DNA from: a phage
Sequence record: PX880102.1
DNA: 64,000 nt
Direction: 5' to 3' (one strand)
Shown: one piece after another, positions 46,609 through 57,170 of the stretch
Numbering within the stretch: the stretch's first letter is position 1
How the letters are laid out: each line of letters begins with the position of its first letter
Translations under genes and position numbers: made by a program
The notes under the pieces: model-generated
What the model was told of the DNA's origin: nothing
What the model saw: only the letters and a program-made list of their open reading frames with translations
Databases searched by the model: none

Positions 46609-47241
46609 TTATTTATTACGTGAAAAAGACTGTTCTATCAATTCTGGACACTTTCGTTCTATCCATTTTCTAGCTTTTTGTGGGCTTATACCTATTATTT
46701 TAGCAGCTTTACTAACCCATCCAAATTTAGAATAATCGATTTTAACTAATTCTTCGTAAATTTCATCAGTTAAAATCTTTTCATTAATATTTACCAGTAA
46801 ATGATATAATTTATTATCATTAGCAATTTTAATGAATCTTTTATAGTTTCCGCCTTTACTTAAACCTAATGAAGTAATTGCAGATGATATAGTAGCCGAA
46901 TTTAATAACGCGTTTAAAATTTCTTCATCACTAACATTATAACGCTTTTTATTATTTTTAATATTTTTACCAGCAAAAGTATCAGTTTGCGAATGGCAGT
47001 TTGGACATAATAATCTTAAATTAGATTTAAGATGATTTTTGTTATTTCCATCAATATGGTCTAATTGCAGAACAATATGCTTATTTTGCCATTTTGAAAT
47101 TTTACAAATTGCACACTCATATGGAAAAATATTTTCTTTTATTATTTTGTCTTTCAGCTTTCCTGTACTAAAATTTGGATGTTTTCCTTCAAAAATTTCA
47201 GCTAATTTAGTATCCATAATATAATTCCCAATTATTAACAA
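46609..47241 (-). CDS. HNH homing endonuclease, free-standing, abutting the tRNA array
   Basis: 210 aa; HNH motif HIDGNNKNHLKSNLRLLCPNCH with extra Cys pair CAIC; stop 7 nt from tRNA-Leu. Confidence 0.75.
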   Translation of the reverse strand: MLIIGNYIMDTKLAEIFEGKHPNFSTGKLKDKIIKENIFPYECAICKISKWQNKHIVLQLDHIDGNNKNHLKSNLRLLCPNCHSQTDTFAGKNIKNNKKRYNVSDEEILNALLNSATISSAITSLGLSKGGNYKRFIKIANDNKLYHLLVNINEKILTDEIYEELVKIDYSKFGWVSKAAKIIGISPQKARKWIERKCPELIEQSFSRNK

Positions 47242-47327
47242 AGGCTCTTAAGCAAGAACCCTTGATGATAGAGGGTATTAATCAGTGCGATATGAGTTAA
47301 TAATAACAAATAATTCTTAAAGCATAT

Positions 47328-47621
47328 TTACCATTTATGATAATACATATTTACGATGCATTCAAGACCCAAAGGATTCTTGAAAATATCATATTCAAGA
47401 GGACCTTTTTCTGTTTCAATAAAGAAATCAAAATTTACTGTATTAAATTTACGGTCTTCCTTTACTAATTTAACTTGAGAAGATGAACGGTCAATGTAAA
47501 CCTTTTCAACTTCAAAATATGTTAAAATGCCATAATCATCAATCAAGGCTTTAGCTGCTTCTTGATCATATTTATATCCATTTTCAATGGATGATACTTT
47601 CGCATAAAGAATCATTATCAA
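47328..47621 (-). CDS. Hypothetical protein
   Basis: ORF track 97 aa. Confidence 0.45.
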   Translation of the reverse strand: MIMILYAKVSSIENGYKYDQEAAKALIDDYGILTYFEVEKVYIDRSSSQVKLVKEDRKFNTVNFDFFIETEKGPLEYDIFKNPLGLECIVNMYYHKW

Positions 47622-48007
47622 CCTTCATCAACAATAGTGTGCGTATTGGCATTAACTATTTGCCACCAATCAAAGCGATTAGAACCATACATCGGTTTGT
47701 TTTCATTTTCTTTGATAATATCACGGAGTTCATCTTCGGTAGCGGCTTTCGCTATTAAATCAGCATATCCACCACGAGGATAATAATTATCACCTGCAAA
47801 AAGTAAAAAGTTTGGTTTAATGTTATTGAACTCTTCAAGAGTAATAACTTTTCCTGACGGTTGAACAATCTCTACATATTTATATCCCAATTTTTGGGCA
47901 GCATCTACTGCTTCAAGCAAAGTATCATGAGCCCATCCAATTTGACAGCCTGGCTTTTCAGATGGATTAGCCTGATAATCCGCATACACTTTATACATTC
48001 TATTCAC
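47618..48007 (-). CDS. Hypothetical protein
   Basis: ORF track 129 aa. Confidence 0.45.
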   Translation of the reverse strand: MNRMYKVYADYQANPSEKPGCQIGWAHDTLLEAVDAAQKLGYKYVEIVQPSGKVITLEEFNNIKPNFLLFAGDNYYPRGGYADLIAKAATEDELRDIIKENENKPMYGSNRFDWWQIVNANTHTIVDEG

Positions 48008-48185
48008 CTTTAGAAATTTTATCCATAACGATAGCGATTAAACCAATTAAAAATGCTACTACAAGTGAAAACACATTTTCTGCTGTAGTCAATAATCCGC
48101 ATATAAATCCAACAAACATTGAAAAACTAAAAGCAGAAGCAGAAATTGCAATAGCAACATTTCGAATTAATTCACAACGTTTCAT
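48000..48185 (-). CDS. Hypothetical small membrane protein
   Basis: ORF track 61 aa, hydrophobic; early promoter upstream. Confidence 0.45.
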   Translation of the reverse strand: MKRCELIRNVAIAISASAFSFSMFVGFICGLLTTAENVFSLVVAFLIGLIAIVMDKISKGE

Positions 48186-48211
48186 TTTATTCTCCTCGGT
48201 AATTGATAGGG

Positions 48212-48243
48212 TAATAGTATCACAACTAAAACCCTATGTAAAC
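48212..48243 (-). promoter_or_regulatory. T4-type early promoter
   Basis: GTTTAC and GTGATACTATTA on minus strand. Confidence 0.55.
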
Positions 48244-48261
48244 AACTTTGTGAAATATTTA

Positions 48262-48549
48262 TTACAAAAGATTTTTAGCAATAATCTTGAGATGTGCCGC
48301 AGAAATGTGTTTAGCTTTAAACAACGCAGTTTCTTCAGCAGGAGAGATAATGATTGTAGCACCATCCTTTTTAGCAGACCACCCATCACCTAGGTAAACA
48401 GTACCTTTGATTTCTTCGCCATCAACCAAGCTAATCATTGGTTTACCTTCTCGTCCTTTATTTGCTTTAATAACTTCAGAAGTAAGAGTAGCTTCAGTAA
48501 TAGTAGAAACCGGGGTAGTTGTAGAAGTAAACTCTTTGAAAGTTTTCAT
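48262..48549 (-). CDS. ipI: Internal protein I (IPI)-position head protein with capsid targeting sequence
   Basis: 95 aa; N-terminus MKTFKEFTST; position upstream of 57B as in T4; early promoter upstream. Confidence 0.65.
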   Translation of the reverse strand: MKTFKEFTSTTTPVSTITEATLTSEVIKANKGREGKPMISLVDGEEIKGTVYLGDGWSAKKDGATIIISPAEETALFKAKHISAAHLKIIAKNLL

Positions 48550-48577
48550 TTTATTTTCCTAATTAATTTTGATGAGA

Positions 48578-48609
48578 TAATAGTATCACTACCTCATCAG
48601 CATGTAAAC
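48578..48609 (-). promoter_or_regulatory. T4-type early promoter upstream of ipI
   Basis: GTTTAC and GTGATACTATTA on minus strand. Confidence 0.55.
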
Positions 48610-48621
48610 AACTTTGTGAAA

Positions 48622-49318
<697 letters not shown>

Positions 49319-49319
<1 letters not shown>

Positions 49320-50044
49320 TATAGTACCTTTAGTGTATTTTTAATTTTAGAAAAAAGTTCTTCAAGAGAACCATCGTTTGTAATTACTAAATCGCCATCA
49401 CGAATTGGCAATCCAGCTTCTGTAATATGAGTATCATTGGATTTTTGACCAGGACGAACTACATGAATTACTGTAGCACCCATCGCCCTAGCCGCATCCA
49501 TTTCATGATCTTGACGAGTATCAGGAACGATATAATAATCATAACCTGAGTTAAATTTATCAAGATAATCTAAAGCAAATAATTTTACCCAATACATGCG
49601 GTCGAAGTTATTAACAATCAAATCCGTACCTAGGGCTTGCATCAGACGACGGACTGACCATTGATCTTCAATATTATTTATAACGTCAATAATCTTGTTA
49701 AATGCTACGGAATTAACTGATTCTTGTCCTTCGTCATCAAAAACAAACACGCCTTTAATTGGGCTTTTACTATTAAGATAGCAAAATGCTTGTTCCATAA
49801 TCGTGATTACTTCTGATTTAGTCAGATTTAAATTAGTCTCACGATCATAGTCAATTCCTTCAAACTCTTTACGAGTTAAGCAAGGATAGTCAGTATTTGC
49901 TGCAAATACACCCCATGCATAAGCCAATGCATCTTTAATAGGACCAGCAAGTTGATATTTAACTGCAGAATAATTTTCCATGATAAAATCTGCAGTAGTA
50001 TCTTTTCCACTACGCTTTACACCACTTAAAAAGATTAGTTTCAT
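49319..50044 (-). CDS. 1: Deoxynucleoside monophosphate kinase gp1
   Basis: 241 aa; P-loop GVKRSGKDT; synteny 57A-1-3. Confidence 0.9.
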
Positions 50045-50093
50045 ATGTTTCTCCTCAAATTTAGTTAAGATTATAACACATGAAACTGAAGCA

Positions 50094-50624
50094 TTAAACT
50101 TCTGCTATAATTTTGCCATCTTTTTCTACTTGAAAATACGTATAAGGAATCGTTGCTGTGCATACTAAGGCTGGGTCTGAATCTTCCGTGTAGCTAAATT
50201 CTACTTCAGAGAGGTCAGAAACCCAAGGCTTATAAAAATTTATTGACATCACAATTTCAGTTTTACTATTATCTAAAATGTAAAGCGTAATGTATTCAGG
50301 ACCTGTTTTTTGGGCAGTATTTTCGCCTGTAAGATAGTTACTAGTTCCTAGCATCCATTCATACATTCCTATCCACGACTTAAGCTCTTCATCAACTATA
50401 AATCTCACGATGAGTGGATCGTACTCAAATGTAACTCCTGGACGTTGTGCTCTGCCTAGTCCAAACGGCCCAGTCACGGTATCAGTAACAGGTATTCTAA
50501 TTCCCGGAATAGGAACTGACTGAGCATTTAAAGTAAAAGCAGATGTAGTATTACTATGTGGTATTGATACTACAAAGTTAGTTGTATTTGCTTGGTTAAA
50601 AATTTGTTGCAGTGCTTGCGACAT
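50094..50624 (-). CDS. 3: Tail completion / sheath stabiliser gp3
   Basis: 176 aa as in T4; synteny. Confidence 0.85.
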   Translation of the reverse strand: MSQALQQIFNQANTTNFVVSIPHSNTTSAFTLNAQSVPIPGIRIPVTDTVTGPFGLGRAQRPGVTFEYDPLIVRFIVDEELKSWIGMYEWMLGTSNYLTGENTAQKTGPEYITLYILDNSKTEIVMSINFYKPWVSDLSEVEFSYTEDSDPALVCTATIPYTYFQVEKDGKIIAEV

Positions 50625-50730
50625 ATATTCCTCATAATGCTTTATAAATGTTGGTGGTATAATGGGTCTAAGTCCCTTCCATTCAATTCAAATTAGAACA
50701 AACAATAGAAAAGAATGGAAGATAATAGAA

Positions 50731-51555
50731 TTAGATATTTGACCAGACTTTGTTTGCAGAGAAACGTTTTCCTTTTGAAACGAACTGCTGAAGTGGCATT
50801 AACACAACGTTCGCCCAGTCTTTCGGGGCGATTTCAACAAGGCTACCCATAATATTACCGGGTATATATGCCTTAATCATTTGGTCTGCACCCCTAAATC
50901 CTTTCACTTGACTCCAATCAATTTTTAATTTCGTTTTATTAGTAATAGTAGGTGTATTTGAATATTGCTTTAAAAGCTCTTCTAGAAATTGCTGACGAGC
51001 TTTAGGTGGAATATAGTGCAAGTTCAATCCGTACATTAAATTATGTTTACCTAAACCAAGATAAATTATCAAAGGAAATTTATCCCAGTAAGGAAGAGTT
51101 TCCTTGTGTTTAGCATCATAAGCAAAAGCATATATTCGTCCCGGCTGCGGGCGAACAACTTTATGTCCTTTTACTTGCTTAATAGTTTCAGCAAACCACT
51201 TTCTGGTTTTATTATTAATTGCTGCACCTTCATTACGAATTTTATCACGCAATGTTTGTCTGAATGAATTTATCATAAGCAGTTGTCTTTCTTGCTTATT
51301 GAGTTTATTCATTGGTTTTGATTCAAGCTTTTGAATCTTTTCAGCCGTTTTAATTCCCGAAGCATATTTTGACATTGCCGAAGTAAACGTAGAGTATTTG
51401 ATTCCTCTTTCTTCAGCAAATTGCTTTCCTGTCATTCCTTTTGCTTTGGCCTTTTTATATTCAAGACCTATCTGAATCCATTTCTTTTCGTTTAATGATT
51501 GCTTAACCTTTGGAACTTGGGGAGTGCTTTCATTAATTATTTGAAAAATAGCCAT
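50731..51555 (-). CDS. 2: DNA end protector gp2
   Basis: 274 aa as in T4; synteny. Confidence 0.85.
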   Translation of the reverse strand: MAIFQIINESTPQVPKVKQSLNEKKWIQIGLEYKKAKAKGMTGKQFAEERGIKYSTFTSAMSKYASGIKTAEKIQKLESKPMNKLNKQERQLLMINSFRQTLRDKIRNEGAAINNKTRKWFAETIKQVKGHKVVRPQPGRIYAFAYDAKHKETLPYWDKFPLIIYLGLGKHNLMYGLNLHYIPPKARQQFLEELLKQYSNTPTITNKTKLKIDWSQVKGFRGADQMIKAYIPGNIMGSLVEIAPKDWANVVLMPLQQFVSKGKRFSANKVWSNI

Positions 51556-52007
51556 TATGCCCCCTTAAAGCCAAGAGCTCGTAATCCATCTTCTGTTAGA
51601 ATTCTAAATTTTATTCCACGCTTTTCAGCTAAAGCTTGCGCTGCTTTCCATTTGTCAGTATTAACGGAATATGTATAAATTTCATTCATAAATCTTTTCT
51701 TCGCTGCAGTTGTTAGATGTGCTGGTTTAACTGGCGGTTGTGTTTCTTTTTTAGGTTTTATTTCAATAAAAAATTCTTGTCCAGAAGAATCTTTCATCCA
51801 AATATCCATGAAGTATCTACGTTTTTTCCCTTCTGCATTACAAAAATAAGGAATTACTGCTGTTTCACTACCCCATGCAATAATTTCTGGATTTTTATCT
51901 AACCATTCAAAAAAGAATTTTTCCCAATTTGATCTATACGTAATTTTTTTAGGGTCACCTCTATATTTTGATATATTTTTAGGAACCCATTTTCCAGAAT
52001 ATGCCAT
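51555..52007 (-). CDS. 4: Head completion protein gp4
   Basis: 150 aa as in T4; late promoter upstream. Confidence 0.85.
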   Translation of the reverse strand: MAYSGKWVPKNISKYRGDPKKITYRSNWEKFFFEWLDKNPEIIAWGSETAVIPYFCNAEGKKRRYFMDIWMKDSSGQEFFIEIKPKKETQPPVKPAHLTTAAKKRFMNEIYTYSVNTDKWKAAQALAEKRGIKFRILTEDGLRALGFKGA

Positions 52008-52018
52008 TGGATTCTCCT

Positions 52019-52026
52019 TATAAATA
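52019..52026 (+). promoter_or_regulatory. Late promoter TATAAATA for gene 53 and downstream
   Basis: Exact TATAAATA 29 nt upstream of gene 53 ATG. Confidence 0.65.
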
Positions 52027-52033
52027 GATAATA

Positions 52034-52041
52034 TATTTATA
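52034..52041 (-). promoter_or_regulatory. Late promoter TATAAATA for gene 4, divergent
   Basis: Exact TATAAATA on minus strand 27 nt upstream of gene 4 ATG. Confidence 0.65.
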
Positions 52042-52054
52042 AACAGGAGGGCCC

Positions 52055-52645
52055 ATGCTCTTTACATTTTTTGATCCGATTGAATATGCGGCCAAAACGG
52101 TGAATAAAAACGCGCCGACTATTCCTATGACAGATATTTTTAGAAACTATAAAGACTATTTCAAACGTGCTCTTGCGGGATACCGCTTACGTACTTATTA
52201 TATTAAAGGTTCACCACGCCCGGAAGAATTAGCAAATGCTATATATGGAAATCCGCAGTTGTATTGGGTTTTATTGATGTGTAATGATAATTATGATCCG
52301 TATTATGGATGGATTACTTCGCAAGAAGCTGCTTATCAAGCATCTATACAAAAATACAAAAACGTAGGTGGAGACCAAATAGTATATCACGTGAACGAGA
52401 ACGGTGAAAAATTTTATAATTTAGTATCATATGATGATAATCCATATGTTTGGTATGACAAAGGCGATAAAGCTAGAAAATATCCTCAATATGAAGGAGC
52501 ACTTGCTGCGGTCGATACGTATGAAGCTGCTGTTCTTGAAAATGAAAAACTTCGTCAAATAAAAATAATAGCAAAATCAGACATCAATTCATTTATGAAC
52601 GACCTTATACGTATAATGGAGAAATCTTATGGAAATGATAAGTAA
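52055..52645 (+). CDS. 53: Baseplate wedge protein gp53
   Basis: 196 aa as in T4; late promoter upstream; precedes gene 5. Confidence 0.88.
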   Translation: MLFTFFDPIEYAAKTVNKNAPTIPMTDIFRNYKDYFKRALAGYRLRTYYIKGSPRPEELANAIYGNPQLYWVLLMCNDNYDPYYGWITSQEAAYQASIQKYKNVGGDQIVYHVNENGEKFYNLVSYDDNPYVWYDKGDKARKYPQYEGALAAVDTYEAAVLENEKLRQIKIIAKSDINSFMNDLIRIMEKSYGNDK

Positions 52646-54356
52646 TAACCTTAATTGGTTTGTTGGTGTTGTTGAAGATAGAATGGACCCATTAAAATTA
52701 GGTCGTGTTCGTGTTCGTGTAGTTGGTCTGCATCCACCACAAAGAGCACAAGGTGATGTAATGGGTATTCCAACTGAAAAATTACCATGGATGTCAGTTA
52801 TTCAACCTATAACTTCTGCAGCAATGTCTGGAATTGGAGGTTCTGTTACTGGACCGGTAGAAGGAACTAGAGTTTATGGTCATTTTTTAGACAAATGGAA
52901 AACTAACGGAATTGTCCTTGGCACGTATGGTGGAATAGTTCGCGAAAAGCCTAATAGACTTGAAGGATTTTCTGACCCAACTGGACAGTATCCTAGACGT
53001 CTAGGAAATGATACTAACGTATTAAACCAAGGCGGAGAAGTAGGATATGATTCGTCTTCTAATATTATCCAAGATAGTAATCTAGACACTGCAATAAATC
53101 CCGATGATAGACCACTATCAGAAATTCCAACTGATGATAATCCAAATATGTCAATGGCTGAAATGCTTCGCCGTGATGAAGGATTAAGACTAAAAGTTTA
53201 TTGGGATACTGAAGGATATCCGACAATTGGCATTGGTCATCTTATCATGAAGCAGCCAGTTCGTGATATGACCCAAATTAATAAAGTTTTATCAAAACAG
53301 GTTGGTCGTGAAATTACCGGAAATCCGGGTTCTATTACAATGGAAGAAGCAGTAACTTTATTTGAACGTGATTTGGCTGATATGCAACGTGACATTAAAT
53401 CACATTCTAAAGTAGGACCAGTCTGGCAAGCTGTCAACCGTTCTCGTCAAATGGCGTTAGAAAATATGGCATTTCAGATGGGTGTTGGCGGTGTAGCTAA
53501 ATTTAACACAATGTTAACTGCTATGCTAGCCGGAGATTGGGAAAAAGCATATAAAGCCGGTCGTGATTCATTATGGTATCAACAAACAAAAGGCCGTGCA
53601 TCCCGTGTTACCATGATTATTCTTACGGGAAATTTGGAATCATATGGTGTTGAAGTGAAAACACCAGCTAGGTCTTTATCTGCAATGGCTGCTACTGTAG
53701 CTAAATCTTCTGACCCTGCTGATCCTCCTATTCCAAATGACTCGAGAATTTTATTCAAAGAACCAGTTTCTTCATATAAAGGTGAATATCCTTATGTGCA
53801 TACAATGGAAACTGAAAGCGGACATATTCAGGAATTTGATGATACCCCTGGGCAAGAACGATACAGATTAGTTCATCCGACAGGAACTTATGAAGAAGTA
53901 TCACCGTCAGGAAGAAGAACAAGAAAAACTGTTGATAATTTGTATGATATAACAAATGCTGATGGTAATTTTTTGGTAGCCGGTGATAAAAAGACTAACG
54001 TCGGTGGATCAGAAATTTATTACAACATGGATAATCGTCTTCACCAAATAGATGGAAGCAATACAATATTTGTACGTGGCGATGAAACTAAGACGGTTGA
54101 AGGTAATGGAACTATCCTAGTCAAAGGTAATGTTACTATTGTAGTTGAAGGCAATGCTGACATTACAGTTAAAGGAGATGCTACCACTTTAGTTGAAGGA
54201 AATCAGACTAATACAGTAAATGGAAATCTTTCTTGGAAAGTTGCTGGGACAGTTGATTGGGACGTTGGTGGTGATTGGACGGAAAAAATGGCATCTATGA
54301 GTTCTATTTCATCTGGTCAATACACAATTGATGGATCGAGGATTGACATTGGCTAA
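52629..54356 (+). CDS. 5: Baseplate hub and tail lysozyme gp5
   Basis: 575 aa; internal lysozyme domain (MAEMLRRDEGLRLKVYWDTEGYPTIGIGHL); C-terminal VxGxxxxx beta-helix repeats. Confidence 0.97.
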   Translation: MEMISNNLNWFVGVVEDRMDPLKLGRVRVRVVGLHPPQRAQGDVMGIPTEKLPWMSVIQPITSAAMSGIGGSVTGPVEGTRVYGHFLDKWKTNGIVLGTYGGIVREKPNRLEGFSDPTGQYPRRLGNDTNVLNQGGEVGYDSSSNIIQDSNLDTAINPDDRPLSEIPTDDNPNMSMAEMLRRDEGLRLKVYWDTEGYPTIGIGHLIMKQPVRDMTQINKVLSKQVGREITGNPGSITMEEAVTLFERDLADMQRDIKSHSKVGPVWQAVNRSRQMALENMAFQMGVGGVAKFNTMLTAMLAGDWEKAYKAGRDSLWYQQTKGRASRVTMIILTGNLESYGVEVKTPARSLSAMAATVAKSSDPADPPIPNDSRILFKEPVSSYKGEYPYVHTMETESGHIQEFDDTPGQERYRLVHPTGTYEEVSPSGRRTRKTVDNLYDITNADGNFLVAGDKKTNVGGSEIYYNMDNRLHQIDGSNTIFVRGDETKTVEGNGTILVKGNVTIVVEGNADITVKGDATTLVEGNQTNTVNGNLSWKVAGTVDWDVGGDWTEKMASMSSISSGQYTIDGSRIDIG

Positions 54357-54885
54357 TATACTTCCAATGAGCGCTGATTTAGGAGAATCCATGGAAGGTT
54401 CTTCTATCGACGTCACCTTTACCGCTCAATTAGAAACAGGTGAAACGTTAGTATCTATAAATATAACTAGTTACGAAGAAACTCCTGGGGTTTTAGTAGA
54501 AGAAAATCGTTTATATGGAACGTATGAATCTGTATTTGGATTTGGAAATGATGCGTTGAAATATCGTTTAGATAATGAATTTAAAACTGCTGCTTCATGG
54601 GAAGACCTTCCAACTGATTCTAATACTCAGTTATATTTATGGAAAGCTCCTCAAAACCTCCAGAAGACATTCACTTACGAAGTAACATTAATATATGACT
54701 ATCAAGAACAAGGTGAATCTGGAGGTTCTGGCAGTAATTCTAGGTCATCTTCTGACACTACTGAACCAACTAATCCTCCAGCTCCAATAAGAAAAACTCT
54801 TGTTAAAAATTATACAAAAACTATAGTTGGAAATTGGAGTCGTTGGGCCAATAAATTGAGAAGCTACGTGTATGAGAGGCCATAA
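54328..54885 (+). CDS. Hypothetical baseplate-region protein (5.1 position)
   Basis: ORF track 185 aa; synteny. Confidence 0.6.
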   Translation: MMDRGLTLANILPMSADLGESMEGSSIDVTFTAQLETGETLVSINITSYEETPGVLVEENRLYGTYESVFGFGNDALKYRLDNEFKTAASWEDLPTDSNTQLYLWKAPQNLQKTFTYEVTLIYDYQEQGESGGSGSNSRSSSDTTEPTNPPAPIRKTLVKNYTKTIVGNWSRWANKLRSYVYERP

Positions 54886-55179
54886 ATGTCAGGATTAAGT
54901 TATGATAAGTGTGTTACTGCCGGCCATGAAGCATGGCCTCCAACAGTTGTGAATGCTACACAAAGTAAAGTATTCACTGGAGGAATTGCTGTTCTCGTAG
55001 CAGGCGATCCAATTACAGAACATACAGAAATTAAAAAGCCATATGAAACACATGGCGGAGTGACACAACCTAGAACTTCTAAGGTATATGTCACTGGAAA
55101 GAAAGCTGTTCAAATGGCTGATTCAATATCATGCGGTGATACAGTGGCTCAGGCATCATCTAAAGTATTCATTAAATAG
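54886..55179 (+). CDS. 5.4: PAAR-repeat spike tip protein gp5.4
   Basis: 97 aa as in T4; position immediately before gene 6. Confidence 0.8.
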   Translation: MSGLSYDKCVTAGHEAWPPTVVNATQSKVFTGGIAVLVAGDPITEHTEIKKPYETHGGVTQPRTSKVYVTGKKAVQMADSISCGDTVAQASSKVFIK

Positions 55180-55187
55180 GATTTAAA

Positions 55188-57170
55188 ATGGCAAATACCC
55201 CTGTAAATTATCAATTAACAAGAACAGCAAATGCTATTCCCGAGATATTCGTCGGGGGTACATTTGCTGAAATAAAACAAAACCTCATTGAATGGCTTAA
55301 TGGCCAAAATGAATTTTTGGATTATGATTTTGAAGGCTCAAGATTAAACGTTCTGTGCGACCTTTTGGCTTATAATACATTATACATTCAGCAGTTTGGT
55401 AATGCTGCCTTGTACGAAAGCTTTATGCGTACTGCTAATTTGCGTAGTTCAGTAGTTCAAGCTGCACAAGATAATGGATATTTACCTACTTCAAAATCAG
55501 CTGCTCAAACTGAAATTATGCTAACTTGCACAGACGCATTGAATAGAAATTACATTACTATTCCTCGTGGTACTCGCTTTTTAGCATATGCAAAAGATAC
55601 TTCCGTTAATCCTTACAACTTTGTATCTACCGAAGATGTTATTGCTATTCGCGATAAAAATAACCAATATTTTCCGCGTTTAAAATTAGCCCAGGGACGT
55701 ATAGTAAGAACTGAAATCATTTACGATAAATTAACACCTATTATCATTTATGACAAAAATATAGATAGAAACCAAGTTAAACTATACGTTGATGGAGCAG
55801 AATGGATTAACTGGACAAGAAAGTCAATGGTTCATGCTGGTTCTACATCAACAATTTACTACATGCGTGAAACTATTGATGGAAATACTGAGTTTTATTT
55901 TGGTGAAGGTGAGATTTCTGTTAATGCGGCAGAAGGAGCATTGACTGCTAATTATATTGGAGGTCTTAAGCCTACCCAGAACTCTACGATTGTTATTGAG
56001 TACATCAGTACTAACGGTGCAGATGCGAATGGCGCAGTCGGATTTTCATACGCAGATACATTGACAAATATAACTGTCATCAATATTAATGAAAATCCAA
56101 ACGATGACCCAGATTTTGTTGGGGCGGATGGCGGCGGCGATCCAGAAGATATTGAACGTATTCGCGAATTGGGTACTATTAAACGCGAAACCCAGCAACG
56201 CTGCGTAACTGCGACTGACTATGATACATTCGTTTCAGAGAGATTTGGTTCTATTATTCAAGCAGTTCAGACTTTCACTGATTCTACTAAACCTGGTTAT
56301 GCATTTATTGCTGCTAAACCTAAATCAGGTCTGTATTTAACTACCGTACAGCGCGAAGATATTAAAAATTATCTCAAAGACTATAATTTAGCTCCTATTA
56401 CACCATCAATTATTTCTCCTAATTATCTTTTTATTAAGACTAATTTAAAAGTCACATATGCTTTAAATAAGCTACAAGAATCTGAGCAGTGGCTCGAAGG
56501 TCAAATAATTGATAAAATTGATCGTTATTATACCGAAGATGTAGAAATTTTTAACTCATCTTTCGCTAAATCTAAGATGTTGACATATGTAGATGATGCA
56601 GATCATTCTATCATTGGTTCATCAGCGACAATTCAAATTGTTCGTGAAGTACAAAACTTCTATAAAACACCTGAAGCAGGTATTAAATACAATAATCAAA
56701 TAAAAGATCGTTCTATGGAATCTAATACGTTTTCATTTAATTCTGGACGAAAGGTTGTAAATCCTGATACTGGTTTAGAAGAAGATGTATTATATGACGT
56801 TCGCATAGTATCAACAGACCGAGATTCTAAAGGAATTGGTAAAGTTATTATTGGTCCATTTGCTTCTGGCGATGTTACAGAAAATGAAAACATTCAGTCA
56901 TATTCAGGCAACGATTTTAACAAATTAGCAAATTCTGGTGGACGCGACAAATACTATGTTATCGGTGAAATAAATTATCCAGCTGATGTGATTTATTGGA
57001 ATATCGCTAAAATTAATTTAACATCTGAAAAATTTGAAGTTCAGACTATTGAATTATATTCTGACCCAACCGATGATGTTATCTTTACTCGCGATGGTTC
57101 GCTGATTGTATTTGAAAATGACTTACGTCCACAATACTTAACTATCGATTTGGAGCCTATATCACAATGA
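55188..57170 (+). CDS. 6: Baseplate wedge protein gp6
   Basis: 660 aa as in T4; synteny. Confidence 0.93.
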   Translation: MANTPVNYQLTRTANAIPEIFVGGTFAEIKQNLIEWLNGQNEFLDYDFEGSRLNVLCDLLAYNTLYIQQFGNAALYESFMRTANLRSSVVQAAQDNGYLPTSKSAAQTEIMLTCTDALNRNYITIPRGTRFLAYAKDTSVNPYNFVSTEDVIAIRDKNNQYFPRLKLAQGRIVRTEIIYDKLTPIIIYDKNIDRNQVKLYVDGAEWINWTRKSMVHAGSTSTIYYMRETIDGNTEFYFGEGEISVNAAEGALTANYIGGLKPTQNSTIVIEYISTNGADANGAVGFSYADTLTNITVININENPNDDPDFVGADGGGDPEDIERIRELGTIKRETQQRCVTATDYDTFVSERFGSIIQAVQTFTDSTKPGYAFIAAKPKSGLYLTTVQREDIKNYLKDYNLAPITPSIISPNYLFIKTNLKVTYALNKLQESEQWLEGQIIDKIDRYYTEDVEIFNSSFAKSKMLTYVDDADHSIIGSSATIQIVREVQNFYKTPEAGIKYNNQIKDRSMESNTFSFNSGRKVVNPDTGLEEDVLYDVRIVSTDRDSKGIGKVIIGPFASGDVTENENIQSYSGNDFNKLANSGGRDKYYVIGEINYPADVIYWNIAKINLTSEKFEVQTIELYSDPTDDVIFTRDGSLIVFENDLRPQYLTIDLEPISQ

